Shown here one piece after another: positions 12,600 through 25,346 of a stretch of DNA of 64,000 nucleotides. The stretch covers positions 23,624,001 to 23,688,000 of the forward strand of contig OZ249436.1 in the NCBI GenBank assembly GCA_965235115.1. The letters are read 5' to 3'. Positions within the stretch are counted from its first letter, which is position 1, and each line of letters begins with the position of its first letter. Source of the stretch: Laetmonice hystrix. Taxonomy: Eukaryota. The notes under the pieces were generated by a model. The model was not told the origin of the DNA. It worked only from the letters and a program-made list of their open reading frames with translations, and ran no database searches. The translations under genes were made by a program, and so were the position numbers.

Positions 12600-15500
12600 T
12601 AGTAGACATGCTAAGAGCTCAAAAAGGGGTGAACACTGCATTTTATAGTGCAAATGTCTAACTTGGCATGATTGGTCCTTAGGGCAAAAGGAAAAAAAAT
12701 ATCCAAAGAGACAAGTTGTCTCTATGCATAGAGGCCCCTAATTTGAATAAATTATGCTAATTAGCACCCGACGGAAGTCGATTTCTAACTTTTGAACCAA
12801 TTCACTTAGAAATACGTGTGATAGGTGGATTTCAACTAATTTGGGGGTCAGAAATCCATCTGCAGGGTTATTTTGACATTTGGCGGCCATTTTCACCCTC
12901 AAATCCAAGATGGCCGCCAGCAACCATCTGAAATCTAGCCTAAAGGTACTTCATAATTTAAACTAATTGAGGACATACTTGTGTTATGCATGGATTTTCA
13001 TTTGTGGGGGTTGGGAAACTCATTTCTGTCATTTCTTTGCAATAAGAGTCCATGTTGAAGGTAAAATCCAAGATGGCTGCTCTTGGGTAGGCCTATAGGG
13101 CCTATTAGAAAACATGATTGGCCTAGGCCTATATCAAACGCATGAAAATTGAATATAGTCCGGCAGCCAAAGGGCTGAACCTGGAAATGTGGTATAACTT
13201 TTATTTTTTGATGGATTTAAGGTGCCAAGGTCGTCCTGAGTGAGAATCCGCCTGATGCCAGCTTGGCACCCTTGAGCATTTTTTCTAATTTGCATAAATC
13301 CAATATGGCCGCCATCTTACCCATGGCGATTCACTTTTGGCATTATCTCCACCCGTAAATTGACTTTTTTCATTATATAATATTTTTCCTAGGAGGTTCT
13401 GGGACAGAGGAATCGGTTACAAGAAAAAAAAGAATGATTGACCGCGCCCTCATTTGCATAACTTAAATATGGCCGCCATCTTAACACGAATTTGAGCTAT
13501 TCTGGCTATATCTCAACGTCAAAATGGAATTTTACTCTTTATAAAGTACTGTTCAGGGGATAAATGACGTACACAATCTTTTTGCAGTGATACATATTCT
13601 AATTGGTCCACCCCTCATTTGCATAAATCCAATATGGCCGCCATCTTACCCATGGCGATTCACTTTTGGCATTATCTCCAACTGTAAATTGACTTTTTTC
13701 ATTATGTAAATTATTTTTTAGGAGGTTCTGGGAATCGGTTACTAGAAGAAAAAGAGTGATTGGCTCGCTCCCTCATTTGCATAAATTAAATATAGCCGCC
13801 ATGTTGGCCAGAACTCTGGCTATTCTGGCTAAATCTTCAGTGAGTTTACTCTTTAAAAAAGCTCATTTGCAATATGTAGTCTATTTCTTGTGGCAAGAAG
13901 GTGAAGTGGCAAGCAATCTATGTTGATATTGTTACCAATGAGGGCTCCCTTAGCCTACATGTTTTGACTGAACTTAGACTGAAACAAACACTAGAGTGAG
14001 GGCTCCCCACAGGTATTGACTGCCCTTGGGCTGGAGCAAACACTACAGTGAGGGCTGCCTCTATGTATTGACTGCCCTTCGGCTGGAGCAAGCAGTACAG
14101 TGAACGCTCCCTACATGTATTGAGTGGCGTCATACTCGAGCAAACACTACTCTACATGGATTGACTGAGTTTAGACAGGAGCAAACACTAGAGTGATGGC
14201 TCCCTACATGTATTGACTGCGCTTGGGCTCGAGCAAACGCTACAGGGAGGACTCCCTACATGTATTGACTGGCCTTATACTCGAGCAAACACTACAGTGA
14301 GGGCTCCCAACTGTCTGGCCTTTTGCGCTCACTGTTAGTCTTTGCTCGAGTATAAGGCCAGTCAGTACATGTGGTGACCCTCACTGTAGTGTTTGTACGA
14401 GTATAAGGCCAGACGGTACATGTTGGGAGCCCTCACTGTAGTGTTTGCTCCAGGCCTAGGGCAGTCAATACATGTAGGGAGCCCTCACTGTAGTGTTTGC
14501 TCCAGTCTAAGGCCAGCCAATACATGTAGAGAACCCTCACTCTAGTATTTGCTAGAGTATAAGGCCAGTCAGTCGATGTGGTGACCTTTCACTGTAGTGT
14601 TTGCTCGAGTATAAGGCCAGACGGTCCATGTTGGGAGCCCACACTGGAGTGTTTGCTCGAGTATGACGCCACTCACTACATGTAGTGAACCCTCACTGTA
14701 CGGTTTGCTGCAGCCCATGGCCAGTCATTACATGGAGGGAACCCTCCCTGTAGTGTTTGCTCGAGTATAAGGCCAGTCAGTACATGTTGTGACCCCTTAT
14801 TGTAGTGTTTGCTCGAGTATAAGGTGCCCTCACTTTAGTGTTTGCTTCAGTCTAACCTCAGTCAAAACATGTAGGGAGCCCTCACTGTACTGTTTTCCCC
14901 AGCGCTAAGCCAGTCTTTATATGGAGGGAGCTCTCACTGTAGTGTTTGCTCCAGCCCAAGCGCAGTCAATACATGTAGGGAGCCATCAGTGTAGTGTTTG
15001 CTCCAGCCTAAGACCAGCCAATACATGTAGAGAGCCCTCACTGCACATGTAGTGTTTGCTTCAGTCTAAGCTCAGTCAATCCATGTACAGAGCCCTCACT
15101 GTACTGTTTGCTCGAGTGTAAGGCCAGACGGTACATGTTGGGAGCTCTCACTGTACTGTTTGCTCCAGTCTAAGGCCAGCCAATACATGTAGAGAGCCCT
15201 CACTGTAGTGTTTGCTTCGGTCTAAGCTCAGTCAATCCATGTACAGAGCCCTCACTGTTTGCTCGAGTATGACGCCGCTCACTACATGTAGTGAACCCTC
15301 ACTGTATGGTTTGCTGCAGCCAATGGCCAGTCATTACATGGAGGGAACCGTCCTTGTAGTGTTTGCTCGAGTATAAGATCAGTCAGTGGATGTGCTGAGC
15401 CCTCACTGTAGTGTTTGCTCGAGTATAAGGCCAGGCAGTACATGTTGGGAGCCCTCACTGTAGTGTTTGTTTCAGTCTAAGCTCAGTCAAAACATGTAGG

Positions 15501-16443
15501 GAGCCCTCACGGGCAACAATATCAACAGAGATTGCTTACCACTTCACTTTCTTGCCACAAGAAATAGACTACATATTGCAAATGAGCTTTTTTAATGAGT
15601 AAAACTCATTTTGACGTGAAGATATAGCCAGAATAGCTCGAGTTCTGGCTAACATGGCGCTATATTTAATTTATGCAAATGAGGGAGCGAGCCAATCACT
15701 CTTCTTCTTCTAGGAACCGATTCCCAGAACCTCCTAAAAATAATTTACATAATGAAAAAAGACAATTTACGTTTGGAGATAATGCCAAAAGTGAATCGCC
15801 ATGGGTAAGATGGCGGCCATATTGGATTTATGCAAATGAGGGGTGGACCAATTAGAATATGTATCACTGCAAAAAGATTGTGTACGTCATTTATCCCCTG
15901 AACAGTACTTTATAAAGAGTAAAATTCCATTTTGACGTTGCGATATAGCCAGAATAGCTCAAATTCGTGTTAAGATGGCGGCCATATTTAATTTATGCAA
16001 ATGAGGGCGCGGCCAATCATTCTTTTTTTCTTGTGACCGATTCCTCTGTCCCAGAACCTCCTAAGAAAAAAATTATACACTGAAAAAAGTCAATTTACGG
16101 GTGGAGATAATGCCAAAAGTGAATCGCCATGGGTAAGCTAGATTTCAGATGGTTGCTGGCGGCCATCTTGGATTTGAGGGTCAAAATGGCCGCCAAATGT
16201 CAAAATAACCCTGCAGATGGAAATCCACCTATCACACGTATTTCTAAGTGAATTGGTTCAAAAGTTAGAAATCTACTTCCGTCGGGTGCTAATTAACATA
16301 ATTTATGCAAATTAGGGGCCTCTATGCATAGAGACAACTTGTCTCTTTGGATATTTTGTTTCCTTTTGCCCTAAGGACCAATCATGCCAAGTTAGACATT
16401 TGCACTATAAAATGCAGTGTTCACCCCCTTACCATGTCTACTA
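12600..16443. mobile_element. Academ-like non-autonomous foldback element
   Basis: tagtagacatg...catgtctacta termini, AATA TSD (12596-12599 / 16444-16447), more than 1 kb of inverted arm identity, repeated aatccaa(g/t)atggccgcc motifs. Confidence 0.8.
13950..15510. repeat. 52-bp minisatellite, orientation switches at about 14320
   Basis: Unit ccctcactgtagtgtttgctcgagtataaggccagtcaatacatgtagggag; about 7 reverse units and about 22 forward units. Confidence 0.9.
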
Positions 16444-16568
16444 AATAGAGGGTCTATGCTTAAGTGTATGGCTCCCGCTGACATCCAGCCATGCAGCATG
16501 CACTGCTCGAGACATTCGGCACGCGGGTGTGTGCCGCGGCGCCCCCCGCTAGTTCTCACACGGCCGCG

Positions 16569-16836
16569 GGGGGCCTCGGGTGGCCGAGTGGTCTAAGGTG
16601 TCGGCTCCATCATGACACCTAGGACTATCGCCTCACACCGCTGCGACCCGGGTTCGATTCCCGGCCTGGGCTGCATGTGTGAAAGGTTTGTCAGTCAGTT
16701 CCTTCCCGAAGGTCGGTGGTTTCCTCCGGGTACTCCGGTTTCCTCCACCAAGAAAAACTGACTTTCATCTCATCTTCACCGCCGTGATATGACCCTGGCT
16801 GTTGCAAGGCGTAAAACCCCAAATACCCACCCACCC
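16569..16836 (+). mobile_element. tRNA-derived SINE (same family as 9596)
   Basis: Highly similar to 9596-9848, with A/B boxes, core and tail; directly abuts a LINE. Confidence 0.88.
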
Positions 16837-18892
16837 ATCCATAGCCCTATTACAATAAACACACCATTACAAGCAATAGCCATACGCCTAACTCTGCATA
16901 AAGCCATCACTATCTGCTCCATATACATTCCCCCAAACAGTAACTTGGCCCACCAGGATCTTAATGATTTAGTGGGTCAACTACCAACTCCATATCTCCT
17001 TTTGGTAGATTTTAATGGCCACAATCCCTTATGGGGTGGCACCACAACTAATGGCAAGGGCAAGAGGATTGAAGAGTTCATTGATAATCATGCTCTATGC
17101 ATTTTTAATGATGGTTCAAGCACATACTTACATCCTGGTCATGGCACCTATACAGCCATTGACCTTGCAATAGCCGAACCAGATCTGCTGCTGGATTTCT
17201 CTTGGAGGGTCTTGGACGACCTTTGCGGGATTGACCACTTTCCCACCATCCTTACATATGAAGGACCCAGCATAGGGGAAAGGCAACAACGGTGGCAACT
17301 TAGAAAAGCCGACTGGCACTCCTGCCAGGCCCTCTGTCGGGAGGAATTCACAGCAGACACCATTAATGATCCTGAAGCAATGGATGATTTTACCTCGCTT
17401 TTAATCTCCATTGCAGACAGGACAGTTCCTAAAACCTCGACAATTCCTAAACATGTCTCAAATCCATGGTTTAATGATGAATGCAAACAGGCAATTAAAG
17501 ACCGGAAGAAAGCAGAACGCCTTTTCAACAGGCACCCAACTGCAGTGAACCTTGCCAACTTTAAAATCATGAGAGCAAGGGCACGCCGTATCTGTAAAGA
17601 GAGACGGGGGCAGAGCTGGAGAGACTATGTCTCCAGCCTGACCTCTCGTACTCCTATCAAAAAGGTCTGGAGCATGATACGGAAACCTAAAGGCAAGGGA
17701 GGTAGTTCTGGAGTCCAACACTTAAAACACCAAGACACCCTACTAATCCTTTTGGACTGAGGGTGAAACCTCATCTAGAGGAACTGGATATTGATCTGAA
17801 CGTCCTGGGGCAGACACATTTTTGCAACATTCCTCCTTGGGACCTGGAAAAGCCTGACGTCATTCTTCAGTTGGCTCAACTGAAGAAGTCAGAGACTCAT
17901 CCCCTGGCATATTTTGAACGCTTTCTTGACGTCCAGGCAAGGTATCCCTCACATTATGCCTTCTATACTGATGGCTCAAAGGATGGCAGTGATGTGTCTG
18001 CGGCAGCAGTTCATGGCAAGCACAACTTCGGCACCCGCATCTCAGGGCAAAGTTCCATCTTCTCAGCAGAGGCCCGGGCCCTGCTTCTTGCCCTTCAAAA
18101 TATTGAAGTTTCTGGCGGAAAGGATTTCCTCATTTTCTCGGATTCCTTATCCTGTCTGCAAGCACTTGCTACTTGAACACAGATCACCCAGTGATCGTTC
18201 AAATCTTGTCCAAGTTAGCAGTGCTTGCCAATGCACACTTTGATATTCACTTTTGCTGGATGCCTGGGCATGTTGGTATCCCGGGCAATGAGCATGCTGA
18301 CAGAACTGCCAAGAGGGCTCTTGAAACAGACGTCGAACTGTGTCCCATCCCAGCCTCTGACCTCAGACCTACCATCTGGGCTTATGTTAAAAACAAATGG
18401 CAGGCCGAATGGGATGAACAACGAAACAATAAATTGTATCAGATCAGTCCCATCGTGAACCAAGGTATCGTCACGGCCTGGCCCAACGTAGGCATGAAAT
18501 TGTTTTTACTCGATGCAGGATTGGTCATTCTAGATTAACCCATGTGTTTTTATTGAAGGGGAAGCCACCTCCAGAATGTTATGGCTGTCAGTGTCCTTTG
18601 ACACTAAAGCATCTTTTACTTGAGTGTGGTGATTTTACTCTGATCAGACAACGGTTTTATAGTGAGACAAGTCTCAAGGATCTTTTTAGCAATGTCAGAC
18701 CAGGAGTGATTTTAGAGTTTTTGTCAGAGGCTGGACTTCTGACTCTTTTATAGATGTGTTTTGGTGGTGTTCCCGTTGGGACCCGGGATAAAATAGGTTT
18801 CTTTGGTTTTATGGTATTTTAACTGTTTTCACCATGAAGATGGCCCCGGATGCCGATACGGCGCAAAACCACCACTACTCACTCACTCACTC
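16837..18892 (+). mobile_element. I-group (Nimb-like) LINE, 5' truncated and RT-deleted
   Basis: APE endonuclease (DFNGHN, DHFP), RNase H (FYTDGSK, SAEARA, FSDS, WMPGHVGIPGNEHAD), C-terminal CxxC...H...C, stop at 18753, (CACT)n tail. Stops and frameshifts present; no RT motifs. Confidence 0.9.
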
Positions 18893-19292
18893 AGAACGCA
18901 CTCACCAAACACAAACCGATGAACCACAACACAGGACTGAGCAGATGTGTTCACTTCGTGTTGAGGATGTTGAGGACTCATTCGGTTCTATTTATACCCG
19001 CTGACCCACCTCGTCATTTCCTTTCCTTCACTTCCTCCTCCTCAAGTGTGCATTACTTAGATGAGAAATATTATGTTGGTTGCTAACAGTAAAAATGGGT
19101 AGTACCAACACTGGATTTTACCAAACGTTTAGATTTAATGGATTACATGTACATGTATTTGGGAATATGTAATGAATATTCACTAATGAGATGCAGGCAA
19201 GTTTACTGACTTAGTACTACGCTTCTTAGTACAGCCATCCTCGTTTAGCCTTCATAAATTATGATCCTGACGTTGTCGTGGAGCTCGTATTT
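18893..19292 (-). mobile_element. Diverged 5'-end fragment of the split-direct-repeat element family
   Basis: Shares aaccgatgaaccacaac, gatgttgaggactca, tatttataccc, cctcgtcatttcctttcc, aagtttactgactta, catcctcgtttag, cttcataaa and gagctcgtattt with 39390-39742. Confidence 0.8.
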
Positions 19293-19385
19293 TGTGTAAT
19301 GTATAAGCAGAGATGTCAACAGGTGACTTAATACCTTATGTTGGGATGACGCCTCTAAGTTGTATGATGTTTTTTTGTGCTCCAG

Positions 19386-19601
19386 GTGTTGCCGGCTTGC
19401 CAGGGCGACCAGGTAACCCTGGGCAACGGGGAGCCACGGGAGCAGCCGGCGGGCCTGGAGGACAGGGGCAGCCTGGCACTACCGGACTGCCCGGCTTCCC
19501 TGGGAGAACTGGGGTGAGGGGAGAACCAGGAACCGTGGGTCGTCCGGGATCTCCAGGATCTGAAGGCTTCCCAGGCAGTCCAGGGCGCGTGGGAGCAACA
19601 G
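19386..19601 (+). CDS. Collagen exon G (216 bp, 24 triplets)
   Basis: T-rich tract plus ccAG acceptor, GTgaga donor; [18 protein letters not shown]...GRVGAT. Confidence 0.93.
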
Positions 19602-19879
19602 GTGAGAACAGGGAATAGAGAATATAATAATCTGATTTCCCATTATGCATGTCTAACATGCATTCCTCTTCCTAAAGTCAATTTTGAGGACCTTGCAGTT
19701 CTCTTCTTATCATGTTATAGTTTGTTCCAGTCTTTTTCTCACTTGGGGAGGGGACTTTCATGTTTAAATAAGTGACAAATTTGGAAATACCATGCAGCTT
19801 TTATCAGCAAAACAATATAGTTGTCTAAACGCATCCTATGCGTGACTGTAAACAATAAGTGTACAATTGTCTCCGGCAG

Positions 19880-20158
19880 GATTGGCAGGGTTCCCTGGCT
19901 CTGCTGGGGCTACAGGTTTAGCCGGCGCCCCAGGGGTGGACGGCGGTAGGGGCGCAACCGGTGTTCCAGGGGCTCCAGGCCCGGATGGTTTCCCCGGGAT
20001 CCCAGGCGCTGGCGGACAGACCGGCGCCATCGGACTGCCAGGCGCTCCAGGCCGAGATGGCACATTCGGATTACCTGGAGCACAGGGTGTAACTGGACTG
20101 CCAGGATTTAATGGAGGACAGGGGGCAACTGGTTTACCCGGCCTCCAAGGGGGTGCAG
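19880..20158 (+). CDS. Collagen exon H (279 bp, 31 triplets)
   Basis: cAG acceptor, GTatga donor; GLAGFPGSAGAT...GLQGGA. Confidence 0.93.
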
Positions 20159-20754
20159 GTATGATAAGTCTGACCAACCAACCAAGGTCACCTTACCATG
20201 ATTAGTATTTGTGATAAATTGTAGATACGGAATCAACAGCATAGCAGTAACCTGTTAGTTGGGTCATTTCTGGCACTTCCGTGACCGTGGAGTCCAAACA
20301 AAGGTTTCTCTATGGATTTGTCATCTTTGAGGGTTACTTTGAAAAATTAGCGAGGGTGACCCTCGCGAAAGTGTGGGTTAACTTTGCAAGGGGCCATAAT
20401 CCAAAATGGCTGCCGGGGGCCACCTTATGGTTTAGGCTTTTTTCTATGGTTTAGGCTACAGTGCTGATCAGCATATGCTTTCTTGGGTTTTGGGGGTCAA
20501 GGAATTCATTTTTGGTACTTTCTTAATGATTCGACCTCGTTTTGACCGAGAAATCCAAGATGGCTGCCGTTCACCATGTTGGAAACAGGAGCTTTCTGGT
20601 TTTTTTTGGGCAGGCAGGCAGGTGGCGTATACAGAGACCTAATCACTCCAGTAAGGAGGGGTACATAAGGTCCTAATCACTAAAGGCAGGTGGGTTATAT
20701 AGGTTCCTAATCACTACAGTCAGAAGGGGTATATAGGGACCTAATCACTACAGG

Positions 20755-22910
20755 CGAATGGGTTCAGTAATCTTGGGGCCTGGGTTCGATTCCTGTAGAG
20801 GACTATACGACTTTTCTCTTTAGGGACATTGTCAAAGTAATTGGGTTACCCCTGATGCCCGTGCATTTCAAAAGAAAAATACAGTCTACGCCAGTGCCAG
20901 GATTACCTTAACAGTCAATGTTCGGTAGAAATCATGTGTAGCTCTAACTAGGCAAATAAGGATTCCGTCTCATCTCGGAAGATGTGTGTAGGGGGGAGGG
21001 TCCATTGTCCTGCTCGACCACCAAAGCTTCCTTTTTTAGGGAAGTGGCGGTGGCCGAGTGGGCATGGGCGTCGATACCTTATGCTATGCGAATGGGTGCA
21101 GTAATCTTGGGGCTGGGGTTCGATTCCTGTAGAGGACTATACAACTTTTCTCTTTACGGACATTGTCAAAGTAATTGGGTTACGCCTGATGCCCGTGCAT
21201 TTCAAAAGAAAATTACCGTCAGCTGGGGGTATATAAGTTCCTAATCACTACACTACTACTACTACTACTACTACCTGCCTGTAGTGATTAGGCCCCTATA
21301 TACCCCTCCTGACTACTGATTAGGTCCCTATATACCCACCTGACTGTAGTGATTAGGACTTTATATACCCCTTCTGACTGCAGTGATTGGGTCCCTATAT
21401 ACCCCACGTGACTGTAGTGATGCCACCGTTCTTAAGGACGCCATGATCTTCCTTCTGCCTCAGATGGTTAATCTTTACTCCTGCTGCCTGGACAGTAGTA
21501 TCTTCCCGCCTGCATGGTCTACATTGTCAAAGTAATTGGGTTACCCCTGATGCCCGTGCATTTCAAAAGAAAAATACAGTCTACGCCAGTGCCAGGATTA
21601 CCTTAACAGTCAATGTTCGGTAGAAATCATGTGTAGCTCTAACTAGGAAAATGTGGATTCCGTCTCATTTCAAAAAGATGTGTGTAGGGGGGAGGGTCCA
21701 TTGTCCTGCTCGACCACCAAAGCTCCTTTTTTTAGGGGAGTGGCGGTGGCCTAGTGGGCATGGATGTCGACACCTTATGCTATGCGAATGGGTGCAGTAA
21801 TCTTAGGGCCTGGGTTCGATTCCTGTAGAGGACTATACAACTTTTCTCTTTAGGGACATTGTCAAAGTAATTGGGTTACCCCTGATGCCCGTGCATTTCA
21901 AAAGAAAAATACAGTCTACGCCAGTGCCAGGATTACCTTAACAGTCAATGTTCGGTAGAAATCATGTGTAGCTCTAACTAGGAAAATGTGGATTCCGTCT
22001 CATTTCAAAAAGATGTGTGTAGGGGGGAGGGTCCATTGTCCTGCTCGACCACCAAAGCTCCTTTTTTTAGGGGAGTGGCGGTGGCCTAGTGGGCATGGAT
22101 GTCGACACCTTATGCTATGCGAATGGGTGCAGTAATCTTAGGGCCTGGGTTCGATTCCTGTAGAGGACTATACAACTTTTCTCTTTAGGGACATTGTCAA
22201 AGTAATTGGGTTACCCCTGATGCCCGTGCATTTCAAAAGAAAAATACAGGCAGATGGCGTATACAGGGCCCTAATCACCACAGGCAGGTGGCGTATATAG
22301 GTTCCTAATCACAATATGGATTCCGTCTCATCTCGGAAGATGTGTGTGGGGGGAGGGTCCATTGTCCTGCTCGACCACCAAAGCTTCCTTTATTAGGGAG
22401 GTGGCGGTGGCCGAGTGGGCATGGGCATCGATAACTTATGCTATGCGAATGGGTGCAGTAATCTTGGGGCCGGGGTTCGATTCCTGTAGAGGACTATACG
22501 ACTTTTCTCTTTAGGGACATTGTCAAAGTAATTGGGTTACCCCTGATGCCCGTGCATTTCAAAAGAAAAATACAGTCTACGCCAGTGCCAGGATTACCTT
22601 AACAGTCAATGTTCGGTAGAAATCATGTGTAGCTCTATCTAGGCAAATAAGGATTCCGTCTCATCTCGGAAGATGTGTGTAGGGGGGAGGGTCCATTGTC
22701 CTGCTCGACCACCAAAGCTTCCTTTTTTAGGGAAGTGGCGGTGGCCGAGTGGGCATGGGCGTCGATACCTTATGCTATGCGAATGGGTGCAGTAATCTTG
22801 GGGCCGGGGTTCGATTCCTGTAGAGGACTATACAACTTTTCTCTTTACGGACATTGTCAAAGTAATTGGGTTACGCCTGATGCCCGTGCATTTCAAATGA
22901 AGAAAAATAC
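20755..22910 (+). repeat. About 335-bp tandem repeat containing a tRNA-like A/B-box module
   Basis: cattgtcaaagtaattggg recurs at 20827, 21161, 21522, 21857, 22192, 22518 and 22852; units carry tggcc(g/t)agtgg and ggttcgattcc. Further copies lie at 25050-25200 (+) and about 25385-25755 (-). Confidence 0.85.
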
Positions 22911-23340
22911 AGTCAGGTGGGGTATATATGAACCTAATCGCTACAGTCAGGTGAGGTATATAGGTTCCTAATCACTAGTCAGGTGGGGTATATAGGGCCC
23001 TAATCAGTACAGTCAGCTGGGGTATATAGGGGCCTAATCACTACAGTCAGGAGGGGTTTGGGGTACATAAGGTCCTGATCAATATTCAGGTGGGGTATAT
23101 AGGGGCTTAATCACTACAGTTGGATATATAGGTTCCTAATCACTAGTCAGGTGGGGTATATAGGGCCCTACTCACTACAGCCAGGAGGGGTACATAAGGT
23201 CCTAATCAATATTCAGGTGGAGTATATAGGGGCCTAATCACTACAGTCACATGGGGTATATAGGGCCTAATCAGTACAGTCAGCTGGGGTATATAGGGGC
23301 CTAATCACTAGTCAGGTGGGGTATATAGGGCCTAATCAAA
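22910..23340 (+). repeat. About 30-35-bp minisatellite (ggggtatatagggcctaatcactacagtca)
   Basis: About 13 degenerate units; the same motif occurs at 20620-20750, 21225-21420, 25205-25380 and 25760-25865. Confidence 0.85.
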
Positions 23341-25012
23341 CGTAATATCGAGGAGGAAATATATGATCCTCAAATACATTAAACAAATACATGTACATGT
23401 GCTATACTATATACTATATACTTTATAGACTATATCGGAAACGGCAGACTGTACAGCTCGCCTATATTTACAGTGCGTGATGCGAAGGGTGAGGGTGAAT
23501 GGGTTATGATGAGGTAGGTCGGTCGTGCTATCAATGTATAGATACCATGAATAAGAAGTTGGACTGCCGTGGGATACTACAAGTGATTGTGTTAAACAGC
23601 TTTCTTGAATTCAGATAAGGTGTTGAGCTTTTGAGTCAGAGGCGGAAGGTTGTTCCAGAGAATAGTCCCTCTGTACAAGGGACTGTGTTTGAAGAATTCA
23701 GTTTTTGGTTTGGGAGGTTTAATAGGTCGCCCCCGACTAGCTCTTGTCGGCAGGCTCGATGAGGTGGGAGGATTTATGAGTTGCGCGTACTTAAACATGA
23801 GACACATAAGTGGACGCGTTCGGCGTTTGCTAAGGTAATCTAGACCACATCTTGTGTGCAGAAGGTCAATGTTTGCAGGTCCCGGAGGGGTTAGAGTACA
23901 TATTCTCAAACCGCGGTTCTGGAGTGTCTGGATTTTGTTTTTGTCAGCAACCAGAAAGCCATCTGTTAAAAATGAGCAGTACTCTAAAAGGGGCAGAATG
24001 GTCTGTTTATATATTTGTATCGCTGCATGTTCAGTGAGTAATCGTCGTAGTTTCGCTAACTTAAAAAGTTTACCACTGACGGACTTAACGATGGATGAGA
24101 CCTGGCCTTTAAAGGTTAAGTTTTTGTCCACTTTAACCCCAAGATACTTGTAACTCTCTGCGGTTGGGAGTACTGCACCATTAAAACGAAATTGGAAATA
24201 GGAGTTGCTTTGCAGGCCTAATTGCCGTTGCGATCCGTACCAGACAATTTTCGTCTTTTTCGTGTTGACAGTCAGGCAGTTCTGCCTGCACCAAGTTGCT
24301 AAACGGTCTAGATCGGCTTGAAGTCTAACATGCACTAGGGCAGGGTCTTTGTCGGCGGTAAGTAGTGCAGTATCGACTGCGTATGTTTGTATGTCGCTTT
24401 GTAACACACAGTTAGAGATATCATTTATGTAGATAATAAACAAAAGTGGTCCTAGAATAGAACCCTGGGGGACGCCAAACTTAACAGGTACACTGGGAGA
24501 TTTAGAAGGTCCAAAAGATACCTTTTGCGTGCGTTCAAACAGATAACTGCCAATCCACTCAACAATCGATCTATGTAGTCCAAGGAGCTTTACTTTCTCT
24601 AGAAGCCGGCCATGATGGACGGAGTCGAAGGCTTTTTTAAAATCTATGTAACAAACTGCAGTTAGTTCCTTGGACTCACGCTTAACATATAGGGCGTTGA
24701 CCAGTTTGAAAACGGCATCAGTGGTGCCGCGTACAGGTCGGAACCCATACTGGGTGCTAGCAAGAATCTTATTAGCTTCTAAGTGTTGCATGATGTGATT
24801 GTGAACAACCTTCTCAAGAATTTTACCTGGGATGGGGAGTAATGAAATAGGACGCCAATTGTTAATGTCAGTAAGGTCTCCAGTCTTGGGAATAGGGACG
24901 ACATTTGCTTCTGACCATGCAGGCGGGAAGATACTACTGTCCAGGCAGCAGGAGTAAAGATTAACCATCTGAGGCAGAAGGAAGATCATGGCGTCCTTAA
25001 GAACGGTGGCAT
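23340..25012 (-). mobile_element. 5'-truncated CR1/L2-group LINE (RT ORF 23592-~25010)
   Basis: NWRPISLLP, QYGFRP, DFKKAFDSV, GVPQGSILGPLLFIIYIND, YKYLGV. The catalytic YADD reads YAVD, so the RT is probably inactive. Confidence 0.9.
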
Positions 25013-25310
25013 CACTACAGTCACGTGGGGTATATAGGGACCCAATCACGGCATGGATGTCGACACCTTATGCTATGCGAATGGGTGCAGTAATCTTAGG
25101 GCCTGGGTTCGATTTCTGTAGAGGACTATACAACTTTTCTCTTTAGGGACATTGTCAAAGTAATTGGGTTACCCCTGATGCCCGTGCATTTCAAAAGAAA
25201 AATGCAGTCAGAAGGGGTATATAAAGTCCTAATCACTACAGTCAGGTGGGTATATAGGGACCTAATCAGTAGTCAGGAGGGGTATATAGGGGCCTAATCA
25301 CTACAGGCAG

Positions 25311-25346
<36 letters not shown>

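Noticed and set aside
13950..15510. CRISPR-like appearance of this and the 40.6-kb and 47.8-kb arrays
   Set aside because: No unique spacers, no cas genes, and the context is a eukaryotic intron.
19336..20177. Minus-strand Pro-Gly ORFs over collagen exons (also 611-796, 43573-43797, 55217-55420, 59946-60131)
   Set aside because: Antisense shadows of the Gly-X-Pro codons; the splice signals support the + strand.
20845..20880. Hammerhead ribozyme in the tandem units
   Set aside because: The core reads ctgatgc rather than CTGANGA, and no correctly placed GAAA with stems was found; the other ctgatga hits I checked also lack the fold.
21040..21140. Genuine tRNA genes in the 335-bp units or SINE heads
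   Set aside because: A/B boxes are present, but I could not build a convincing acceptor stem or cloverleaf.
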